From NCBI GenBank assembly GCA_964016885.1, contig OZ024749.1, forward strand, positions 41,292,001 through 41,356,000: a stretch of DNA of 64,000 nt, read 5' to 3'. Under the pieces are notes generated by a model. The model was not told the DNA's origin and did not search any database. It saw only the letters and a program-made list of their open reading frames with translations. The DNA is from Eledone cirrhosa (taxonomy: Eukaryota). A program made the translations under genes and the position numbers. This document shows, piece after piece, positions 35,501 through 43,868 of the stretch; position 1 is the stretch's first letter, and every line of letters begins with the position of its first letter.

Positions 35501-38086
35501 TTTGAACAGAAAGAGATGAAAGAATTCTGACCAGATATAGCCAGTTTACATGCTAAAGGGTTAAACACATTCACACACATACACAAAGTATGTAGTATAT
35601 CATAAATTATATCTGCTGTCTGCTGTATATACTTGTGTAAAATCAAACCTCCATTTTACATACAACATTTACAATGTACCACATATTTTTAACTGTGGTT
35701 TTGTAGGTCCGGTAGATAAGTCATATATTTTCATAGAAAAAGGTTCAATGTGTATATATAACACATCACATATGCAGATGTAGAGTTAACTAATGAGTTC
35801 TCTGTGACATCCGTGACTAGATTAAAACTGTCTGCATGTGTGAGCTGTCAAATTACTAATTAGCCTATTATATGCAACTGTATTTAATAATCATCATCAT
35901 TTAACGTCCATTTTTCCTGCTAGCAAGGGTTAGACAGGTCTTCACAAACCAAGTCAGAATTCAAGTGAGGCGATTGACTTCACAGACAGGTTGAGAGCCT
36001 ACTTCGTATTTATATACATCCCATGCTCTTCCGGGTGCATTTTATTGTGACACTAACTCTAAGAAGGTTGCTATGTCTTTGACACAGATGAAGAGTCCTC
36101 CTGACCCTTTGTTTGGCAGGTTTTCTACAGCTGGATGCCCTTCTCATCACCAACCAGAGTATACTGGTATACTGGGTGATCGTTTAACGTGTAGATCACC
36201 AACAGTAGGAAGTTGTCATGTCTATGACACAACTAAATGGTCCACTCAACCTTGTTTTGGGCAAGCTTTCTACAGATTTAATGATATTAAAATAATCCTT
36301 CCTGTTATTCATCAAAACATTTTTATGTCCACAGATCAAAATAAGTGACTTTGGATTATCGCGGGCCGTAGGTGAGAACCAATACTATCGTGCCACTACT
36401 GGAGGAAAATGGCCAATTAAATGGTACTGTTCATTTTTACTTACTTTCTCTAAATTTTATTCTTAAATTACACATTTCTTTGTTTTTAATTATCACCTAT
36501 AGCAAGAGTCTCAAACATATGCCCTGCAGGCCACCTGCAGCACCCAAACTAATTTTCTATGACACACAGCAGAACAATTTTTGTTACTCGTTCCCTAAAT
36601 CTTGATAATTTGATAATAAATAAATAGCAGCTTATCAGCTGTATTGCAGATTAGCATTATAACTGGTGGAAATCCTGCCTTCACTCCTCAATCTTACTTT
36701 TGGCCTGCAGTGCCTCTTAACCAGGACATAATGGCCCTTTTAACCGTTTAGCATTTAAACCGGCCATATCTGGCCAGAATTCTCTCACCTCTTTCTGTTC
36801 AAATCAGCTGTAACCGGGTGCTCATACTGATGTTATGGTATTGTTCTCAAGATAAATAATATCAAAATCTCATAGATTTGATATTGTGTGAGATAATTAT
36901 GAGGTAAAGCCTTTACTGTGAAAATATTATAGTAAATATAGAGTAATATAAATAGTAAAGGGTTAAAGCATCAGACAAAATTCCTTGTACTGTTATATGG
37001 TTGCCATGTTGAGTTTTTTACACAGCCAGGGTTACACTTTTTATTCGTTTTTGTTTTTCCATCTCACCTATTGATGTTGATCATCCATATATTGTGTGTC
37101 ATGTTACAGGTATGCCCTTGAATCTGTGAAATATGGCCACTTCTCACATGCTTCGGATGTCTGGAGCTATGGTATAACCTTATGGGAGATGTTCTCATAC
37201 GGAGATGTGCCTTATGGTGAAATGAAAGGAATTGACGTAAGTTTTTATTCTCTTCTCTTTTACTGTTTAGTCAGATAAATAATAATAATTGTTTCTACTT
37301 TTTGGCACAAGGCCAGCAATTATCTCAGTGTATTACTGGTACTTTATTTTATCGACCCTGTAAGGATGAAAGCAAAGTTAACCTCGTCAGGATTTGAACT
37401 CAGTCTGTAAAGGGACGTAACTGTGCTGCAAAGCATGGCGTCCGGCCCTCTACCGATACTGCCAATCCACCGCCCTTATAAAATAAATAATAATAATAAT
37501 TAAAATTATTGTGTACAGTGCTCAGGTACACTACAACTCATCAAAGGTGCATGTATAGTATATAGAATAATGTGCAAATGTCAGGAAAGTGAACACTGTA
37601 CAAGTCATGATATACACACAAGTACATGCATGTGTGTGAATGGAGGGGGAATATCAGGTGTAGTGTTGGCGAATTTAAGGGAAGCATCGAAATTTTTAAG
37701 GATGCAGTGTCGTGACAGCTAACAACTGATGCTGGTAGTTTGTTCCCTGCTTCAGCAACTCTGAGCATGAAAAAATATTTCCGAAAGTCATGGGCGCTGT
37801 GCTGTTTTCTCACTTTGTAGGCATGCCCACGGGTGTCAGACACATGGAATTCAATACAGTGTTCAAATCCCGATATTGAAAATAATAATATTTTCTTTTT
37901 CTTTTTTTTGTTCATTTTACCTAGGTGATGAAATTTTTGGAATGCAACAGCCGACTACCCCAGCCAAAGAAATGTCCAAATGCAGTTTACAAGGTAATGA
38001 ATAGCTGTTGGGAAATGGAAAGCAAAGCTCGACCAACATTCACAAAACTCCGAGAATTCTTTATCAATTTCGGAAACCAGATGTAA
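14383..38086 (+). CDS. shark: Shark/HTK16-like non-receptor tyrosine kinase (SH2-ANK-SH2-TK), 18 coding exons, 5' incomplete
   Basis: Hand-spliced exons total 2075 nt and stay in frame to TAA at 38084-38086. Domain order is SH2 (FLLRES), ankyrin repeats, SH2 (FLIRRS), Pro-rich linker, then kinase (GLGEFG, VALK, HRDLAARN, DFG, WPIKW, SDVWSYG). This architecture defines the Shark/HTK16 family. Confidence 0.93.
15153..15699 (-). mobile_element. RTE-derived non-autonomous retroposon with a short internal deletion
   Basis: Near-identical to 9965-10548; lies in a shark intron. Confidence 0.78.
16318..16461 (+). CDS. shark: shark exon: end of SH2-N, start of ankyrin region
   Basis: caatAG/GTaagt; GIDRLIKIHQQKPAGLPCCLTSFIAGKPPLPALRYRGPTNLLHKAIQE. 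Confidence 0.9.
17618..17689 (+). CDS. shark: shark exon: ankyrin
   Basis: ctccAG/GTgaga; QNIKHCTKILNSKECPNINSRNID. Confidence 0.85.
18680..18795 (+). CDS. shark: shark exon: ankyrin repeat
   Basis: ctacAG/GTgagt; GDTALHIACKNGNSNIVKLLLKYNIDLSVKNQEHCTPFQ. Confidence 0.92.
18970..19443. mobile_element. TTAA MITE with an internal 33-bp tandem expansion
   Basis: TIR TTAACCCTTCAGCATTTAAACC; ~9 copies of TATGAAAATATAATAATAAATATAGAGTAACTA. Confidence 0.8.
22166..22306 (+). CDS. shark: shark exon: ankyrin repeats
   Basis: gtttAG/GTatct; VACQANQPEIISDLLQIAKYDPHERCVVTGLYPLHEVAQRGYHKCVQ. Confidence 0.92.
22790..23122 (-). mobile_element. Composite SINE, near-duplicate of 26240-26550
   Basis: tRNA-like head on the minus strand and GGAAGGGCATCCAG...GCGGACGTAAAATGATG RTE-type tail. 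Confidence 0.7.
23784..23889 (+). CDS. shark: shark exon: last ankyrin repeat
   Basis: tttcAG/GTaact; VLLQNLSPAFPRTQEGLTPLDLAIENKHSKAIKLF. Confidence 0.9.
24478..24545 (+). CDS. shark: shark exon: linker and start of SH2-C
   Basis: tcacAG/GTaagc; EKYVPPPVLTKPEHWLHPELERQ. Confidence 0.9.
25113..25180 (-). ncRNA. Type I hammerhead motif, intact core, eroded stems
   Basis: Minus strand: GCACCTCT-CTGATGA-imperfect stem II-GAA-AT[GTAC]AT-A-ATAGGTGT. Confidence 0.6.
25699..25736 (+). ncRNA. Degenerate minimal hammerhead motif (U4G)
   Basis: TCCT-CGGAAGA-A-GAGAT[ATTA]ATCTC-GAA-A[TA]T-C-AGGA, with AATAAA just downstream. Confidence 0.45.
25993..26127 (+). CDS. shark: shark exon: SH2-C core
   Basis: gttcAG/GTaagt; GAAILLKRGAATPGLFLIRRSKWREGWYVMSIYSGHVFHFEIQNC. 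Confidence 0.92.
26240..26550 (-). mobile_element. Composite SINE
   Basis: High similarity to 22790-23122; (GAT)n tail. Confidence 0.7.
27450..27496 (+). ncRNA. Type I hammerhead motif, U4C core variant
   Basis: TGCT-CCGATGA-TTCCAGA[CCTCCC]TCTGGAA-GAA-AC[AATT]GT-C-AGCA, followed by AATAAA. Confidence 0.68.
29312..29382 (-). ncRNA. Type I minimal hammerhead ribozyme, intact core (mirror copy)
   Basis: Exact reverse complement of 29543-29613. Confidence 0.8.
29543..29613 (+). ncRNA. Type I minimal hammerhead ribozyme, intact core
   Basis: Stem I TATTTTAT, CTGATGA, 16-nt stem II arms with loop GCAT, GAA, AT[GCGC]AT, A (AUA cleavage site after 29605), ATAAAATA. Confidence 0.8.
30685..30814 (+). 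CDS. shark: shark exon: end of SH2-C
   Basis: ttgcAG/GTaagt; EYNGNVMYYIDNGPFMGSLQLVVHHYSMRSDGLPCLLKYGLSI. Confidence 0.92.
31346..31411 (+). CDS. shark: shark exon: interdomain linker
   Basis: ttacAG/GTaaat, phase 1-1; EGNMYEIPKLHKNLMKIKTEEL (contains a YEIP tyrosine motif). Confidence 0.7.
32805..32863 (+). CDS. shark: shark exon: Pro-rich linker
   Basis: ttgtAG/GTaagt; EVPVQRTKTSIPLRVPPPVP. Confidence 0.78.
33227..33308 (+). CDS. shark: shark exon: Pro-rich linker to kinase start (GC donor)
   Basis: atctAG acceptor; PPVPPTAGHPEYIETNFHFIDFKDIKK; the 3' end is best explained by an AAG/GCcagt donor. Confidence 0.78.
33353..33670. repeat. 14-bp minisatellite CTATCAAGCCTTTT
   Basis: ~20 degenerate copies. 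Confidence 0.9.
34035..34114 (+). CDS. shark: shark exon: kinase Gly-rich loop
   Basis: tcacAG/GTaaca; GGLLGLGEFGEVMKGTLTIYDGKKSKK. Confidence 0.92.
34680..34820 (+). CDS. shark: shark exon: kinase subdomains II-IV
   Basis: ttctAG/GTaggt; ITVALKTFNNNVVNSPSDFCREAKIMMNLDHICITKLIGLCQKPLML. Confidence 0.93.
34994..35182 (+). CDS. shark: shark exon: kinase catalytic loop
   Basis: ttctAG/GTgaaa; VEEFVPKGSMLDFLL...MVHRDLAARNILLESKKQ. Confidence 0.95.
35378..35564. mobile_element. TTAA MITE
   Basis: TTAA-CCCTTTAGCAT...ATGCTAAAGGG-TTAA. Confidence 0.85.
36335..36423 (+). CDS. shark: shark exon: DFG/activation loop
   Basis: ccacAG/GTactg; IKISDFGLSRAVGENQYYRATTGGKWPIKW (twin YY as in Syk/Shark). 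Confidence 0.95.
36740..36966. mobile_element. TTAA MITE, opposite orientation to 35378-35564
   Basis: TTAA-CCGTTTAGCATTTAAACCGGCC...AAAGGG-TTAA. Confidence 0.85.
37110..37236 (+). CDS. shark: shark exon: kinase VIII-IX
   Basis: ttacAG/GTaagt; YALESVKYGHFSHASDVWSYGITLWEMFSYGDVPYGEMKGID. Confidence 0.95.
37285..37480 (-). mobile_element. Nin-domain-type SINE
   Basis: Minus strand TTTCATCCTTACAGGGTCGATAAAATAAAGTACCAG; related copies at ~31120-31310, 40245-40395 and 45025-45190. Confidence 0.75.
37490..37880 (-). mobile_element. CR1-clade LINE 3' end
   Basis: [39 protein letters not shown], the TRGH...RVxxxWNxLP C-terminal signature. Confidence 0.85.
37925..38086 (+). CDS. shark: shark terminal coding exon
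   Basis: cctAG acceptor; VMKFLECNSRLPQPKKCPNAVYKVMNSCWEMESKARPTFTKLREFFINFGNQM*; AATAAA near 38385 and 38481. Confidence 0.93.
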   Translation: MMKFLECNSRLPQPKKCPNAVYKVMNSCWEMESKARPTFTKLREFFINFGNQM

Positions 38087-39429
38087 TTGAAGAGAAACCT
38101 GTTGTTGTTATATTTTGTTGCTTTGTTCTTTATGTTGTTGTTTTGTAATTTTATATATATATAATTTTTTTTTTGTAATGAAGTTTGAGACAGGGGTGGA
38201 GGTAGAATCGTTGGATCATAGGACAAAAACAGCTTTTTAATATTTAGTTACATTCATTTATAAATCTACCAAGAGTTCAAATCCCACCAAAGTCAACTTT
38301 TTTGCCTTTCATCCTTCTGTACCAGTACCAGTGTTGTACTTGGATCAATAGAATCAACTGTCCCCTTTTATCCCTTGCTCTAAAAATAAATCACAAGGAC
38401 TGACCACCTGCTGATGGAGACCGCTGGTCACCAAAAGGTCAAACAATCAAACCTATTTATCCACACTGGTGCATGGTATAAATAAAAGGTTTTAAATTTA
38501 TCTAAAAACTCTGTAGGAGTTTGATTAAGTAAGTACTAGTAATATACTGGAAATATATGTTCACAGACACAACTGCCTCTTTAAAAGGTTTGCTATGCAA
38601 CTACAAGGTTTTGGATTTAATCCCACCATGTAGCACCTTCTGAAAGTGTCTTTTATAATAGCCTCTACCAATTCCAGCTCCTTGCAACTGGAATTTGGTC
38701 TGAGGCCCATGATATATATATATATATATATATATATAATGTATGTATATAAAGACTGGCAAGGTAAAAAAAAAAAGCGGTTTTCGAATGAACTCCTTTG
38801 TGATGTTTGTTCTGAGCTGATTTACAGACAATCCCTTGTCACTCTCTATCGCTGTCATAAACTCAGTAACCCTGTGTTTAGCTCATTGGAAACCTGTTAA
38901 CCACCAACCATAGTAGCTAAAGTTCACTCAATTGCAATATCAATTTGATAATAAAGAACACACCTTTGACTAGGGACCTTCGGTGCCTAATCAAAAAAAA
39001 AAAAAAAACATTGTTTGAATATATTTTATATTTTTTTCAAAAACAAAATATTCATGACATCACCATTTCCACTGACATCTTTCTTATGGGAGAAACAAAA
39101 ATTTTATTGATAATTTTTTTGTATATTTTTGTTATGAAAATAAATTGTATAAAACAAATATTATTGCCTTCATTTGTTAATTTTCTTTCTTACGGCAAAA
39201 GTTAGAATGAAACAAAGCCAGCCTGCTCTGTTGAATGTGTAATGTTAGTGTGCATGGATGACAAAACACAAGAAATAAGAAACAAAAGAAATAAGCATAA
39301 AGAGGAATTAGATGGAGTATGGGCAGAGGTGGTGATAACTGACCTCAGATCACTGAAGCTCACAGAGATGACAATGGACTGTGACAAATGGAGAGATAAA
39401 GCGGATATAAAACGATGATGATGTTGCTG

Positions 39430-39700
39430 GTACAGATATGTCTTCCGCTTTCCACCAGATGTTCCTACCAGGGCCCTACTCTTGTTCAACGCAGCGGCTG
39501 CAGGCTGGAAGAGGCACCGCTTGCGACCCTGCATCAGGTGGCTGGATATCATCTGGGAATATCTCTGGAGGCTCGACATCAGCTTGGGGGATGCAGAGAA
39601 GCTGGCACGGGACCGCCAGCAATGGAGGGTACTGGTGGACCTGGTCAGCTCTACACACAACAATGTTTGAGGATAACCCCAGCCTCATCGAGCAAGAGCA
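39430..39700 (+). mobile_element. RTE-clade LINE 3' ORF fragment
   Basis: GWKRHRLRPCIRWLDII...AEKLARDRQQWRVLV matches the RTE C-terminal RxRGRP..W.D...A.DR..WR pattern. Confidence 0.8.
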
Positions 39701-40999
39701 AGATGTAAGAGAAAAGATTGTGCTGGTGGGGACATGCAATGTGTATGGATGACAATAGGGTAAATACTGTATATACTAAATTATAAGCCAACCCCCTATT
39801 TTATGTTTGAGAAATAGGCAAAAACTCAAACCCCGTTTATAAGCCAAAACAACTAACCGTCGGGAATGATTTAGGTAGACAAGTATAATATCCACCTCCA
39901 AACCTGCAAAGGATATTTTCCTTCGTAAAACGGAGAGGGGGGGGGGGCTCCATCCTGGAGTTTTATTTATCCCTTAACCCTAACCCCTACACCAGGAGAA
40001 AGGAGTGAAAAGTCCTTTACAGTATATGTTTGGGGGTAAGATTAGTTGGTAGCACACGAAAATAATAATTTTTAAAAAAACGAAGCAAAAAGTAGAAAGA
40101 AAACTCAGAGAGAGTTCGAGGGTCCCCTTCCCACCTCCTTTTACCGGAGAAAAAAGACCTTAGGACCATTATGAGGTAAGTTTAATTAATAGCACACAAA
40201 AAAAATATTTCCCACTGAAATCGGTGTGGATGTCTTTCTATAATAATTGTTTCTACTTTAGGCACAAGGCCAGCGATTACTCAGTGCATTACTGGTACTT
40301 TATTTTATCGACCCGTAAGGATGAAAGGCAAAGTAAACCTCGGCGGGATTTGAACTCAGACCGTAAAGGGACGTAACTATGCTGGAAAATACCGAAAACG
40401 TTACAGCGAGGGAGAGGCGTTGAAATAGACATTCCAACTGGCGGGGCTGACTCCTGTAAGTGGCCAGCTCCACCCCAATAAGCAGTGAGTAGGTTACGGA
40501 GACTCAGAACGCCAAATGTTTCCATTGTTAAAGGTTTGATAAGAAGCTAGTTCACTTTATGGAGCTTATTCATGCGGGTGGCCATCTACGTCTCGATAGC
40601 AGTGAATCGGGAGGTGGTACAGGGACCAAGAACGATAGAAGTCTCAGAAAGCGGCCGACAATTTATCGGGCAATGAAATCTGAGTCCGTCTCCGAATGCA
40701 TCATGTTGCCGCTAGCAGTAATTCATGTTCCACTATCTCACCTACATTGTTTCCCGTCGTTAAAAACCGGTTTGTAACATTGTCGTGACTGGAACAGGTT
40801 TGATCGAAGGTGTAACATCTCATTTCTTCTCAGCCGATCTTCCGATCGAACCAAATCAAAAACAAACTTCTGCCAGAAGTCTCGTTCCACCAACACTGTT
40901 CGAACTTGATATAGTCTTCAGATCGATACTATTTTGAAGTATGTCAATAAAGGAATTTTTTTTTGCTATTTTATATATCGACAGCAGAAATATTGTATG

Positions 41000-41232
41000 T
41001 ATTTTTTCACGGTCAGAGTTACTGAAGCATGGAACAACCTACCTGCGTCAGTTGTTAGCTGTCGGGACACAGCATCCTTCAAAACTTCCATGCTTCCCGA
41101 TATTCCCCTTCCATACACAAGCACGCGCGTGTGTGTCTGTGTTTCACTTTCTGACATTTATACATTATTCTATATTGATAAGTTGTAGTGCATCTGAGCA
41201 CTGTACACAATCATTTTCAGTATTATTATTTT
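41000..41232 (+). mobile_element. CR1-clade LINE 3' end
   Basis: [28 protein letters not shown] plus 3' UTR. Confidence 0.8.
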
Positions 41233-41567
41233 TTTATACATGCTCATGCGATCTATGTCTAAACATTGATATATTGTGTATATAATTCACCAAATCTCCC
41301 GCCCAACAACCCAAGAGCCAAGATCTTTATGCAGCCGCTAAATCTCTAAATCAGCTCTTACGCTAGGAGAGAATTACTTCCCTTGATTTGTGTTAAGTAT
41401 ATTTTATATTAAAGTATATTTTATTTTTAAAATTTCATAAACAATTTATAAGATTAAAACATTATGTTTTAAGGAAACAATTTTAAATACAACTAAAAAT
41501 GAAAATAAAAAAAATAAGAGAAATAATATTATATAATGACTTTTTGAGGAGCTACTTGTAAAATTCT

Positions 41568-41622
41568 ATGCAAATTAGATTTCCTATATTTTTTATTATG
41601 TAATTTAGAATGAGTATATATA
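41568..41622 (+). promoter_or_regulatory. Type 3 Pol III promoter elements of U6
   Basis: TATATATA at 41615-41622 (-30) and octamer ATGCAAAT at 41568-41575; PSE not identifiable by eye. Confidence 0.65.
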
Positions 41623-41644
41623 CAGTTCATAAAGTTTTACTTAT

Positions 41645-41661
41645 GTACTTGCTTCGGCAGT

Positions 41662-41701
<40 letters not shown>

Positions 41702-41751
41702 GGCCCCTGCGCAAGGATGACACGCAAATTCGTGAAGCGTTCCATATTTTT
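41645..41751 (+). ncRNA. U6: U6 spliceosomal snRNA
   Basis: Full-length canonical sequence: 5' stem-loop GTACTTGCTTCGGCAGTAC, ACAGAGA box, AGC triad, ISL, and a 3' oligo-T run (T10) Pol III terminator. Confidence 0.98.
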
Positions 41752-43739
41752 TTTTTGTCATTCATTTCTTCATTAGATAATTGTTTTCTCTTTTATTAAT
41801 TTGTCATTAAACTGTGGCGATGCTGGAGCACCACCTTAAAAGGATATAGTCGATTATATCGACCAAGTAATTCTTTTTTTCCGTGTCTGGTACTTCTTTT
41901 ATCGATCTACTTTTGTTGAACCCCTAGGCTTCAAAATAAATGCAGACACAGGCACACATCTATTATATTTTTTACTAAGTACATTTTTTCTTCCAATATA
42001 AAGTTGTCCAGAGGATTGTAGAAAATGTTCTGTCTGGCTCCACTTTAAGGTTGATAGGGCCATCTCAGGTTAACAGTGCAACGACGTTAGGATAAGTCTC
42101 GAGACGCCCACATGTATTATGGTTAAATACAAAATTAGCTGATATTCAGATAAAAACATGTGAATTGTGAGTTGTGAGTTCAAATTACTGCCGAAGTCAA
42201 CTTTGCCTTTTACATATTCGGGGGGTCGTAAATATTGTACTTGTCCAGGACGGTGAGTTGACAGAATTGTTAGAACATCTACGGAGATGCTTTCTGGTAT
42301 TTTCCTCTGCTCTTTACGTTTCGAGTTCAAATCTTGTGATGGCCAACAGTCGCTCAGTTTAACAACACCACTCCCTAGGGTGCTTTTATCGGAGTCCATT
42401 CTGTTGCAAGGGCCACATTATTTAGCCTAACTAGGCTAAAAACTAGAGGCCGGTCATTTTTTCTTTTCTGTTCCTATTTTGTTTTTTTCTTTTATAGTGG
42501 GGTGAAAATTTGAAGTGTCGATGGAGGGTAGGGGCAAAATACCTGAAAGCCCCGGGGTCAGACCACACGTAATCAACTTTCCGCTCCTCCTTCTCTTCAA
42601 ATTGCTGATCTTGTGCCTAAATTAGAGACCATAATTGGAAAAAACAATTTTTTTCAAAGGTTTCCTATTTGCTATGTAACAAAATATGGAGTTAAAAATA
42701 TGATTTACAAAAGCAACAAATTGATATTAGTATCGTAAGATTTACTTCCCTTTAATGAGATAACCAAAGGTTTATTTGCTGTAACAAAATGTTTCTTTAT
42801 TAGCCACAGGGGCACAAAAGAAGGGGACAAATACAATTGCTATAACAATTGTTACAAAATATAGATAATTAACAATATGATTTACAAATCATACACCACA
42901 AAAAGGGTAGCTGGAGCTTCCCTCTAATTTTGAAGCAAACCAACAAACTCGCAGCAGTGCCGCGAGTGAAGTTAAGGCACTGGAATAGCCAAGCACCCTC
43001 ACCAGGAGCATCACCTGATACTACGGTAAGGACGAGTAATAGCGAGACTAAGACATTGGATTAACCAAGCATCCTCTGTAATGCCAGGTGATAAGGATGC
43101 TAAGGCACTAGAATAACTAAGCACCATCATCTGATTCAGGCAGTATTTTTATATAGCAATTTTAGGAAAAACATATATATATTCAGATTTTCTATAATAA
43201 AAAGTTATAATTATTTTTTGTTCGTACGTTCTGTCTCTCTAAAGTACAGATCCCCAGGTGAATGTTGCTACATGAAGATATTAAATAAAACATGAGATTT
43301 GTTTAACGTCAGTTCATAAAACATCTTGAAATAGGTTTAATAACTCTAACTTATGGTTTTTCTATGGAATGCGACTTTATTTTTTCGTTCACTATACTTT
43401 TTCACTCTGTCTTTTACAGATTCTCTCCTTTTATTTTTATACATTTGTATCTCTCTTTGTCATTAAGCTCCCCGTCTCCCAAACACACTCTATCTACGGA
43501 AATTACCGAACGATCAATTCGGCAAATCTCAGTTCCGTATTAATCATTCCAATTGCCTTTATTATATTTCATAGATGAACAAATAAATTAACAATTCTTA
43601 TTTCCCCCCACCACTACCGCTTATTAAATTGTATATAATATTACATATAAAAATACATATGATATATAAATACTATAAAAATTAAAAATCATAAAGTTCC
43701 AAACAATGTATTCTTATCCCAGTAATGACGAAGAGAGAG

Positions 43740-43868
43740 AGAGAGACAGCCATATTGAAAAAATTCTCTTAACAACCTCACAACTGGTTAGACACGCTGT
43801 GGGCGAGTCTGATTAATTACTTCTATTTTATATATTATACTACTCTCATATCTATCATTTTATATCAT
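43740..43868 (+). promoter_or_regulatory. Putative promoter/non-coding first exon of the RBMX-like gene
   Basis: YY1-like GCCATATTG at ~43749 after a GA repeat, and a GTAAGT donor at 43869. The ATG exon has its own acceptor (48087-48088), so an upstream exon must exist. Start position is approximate. Confidence 0.45.
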
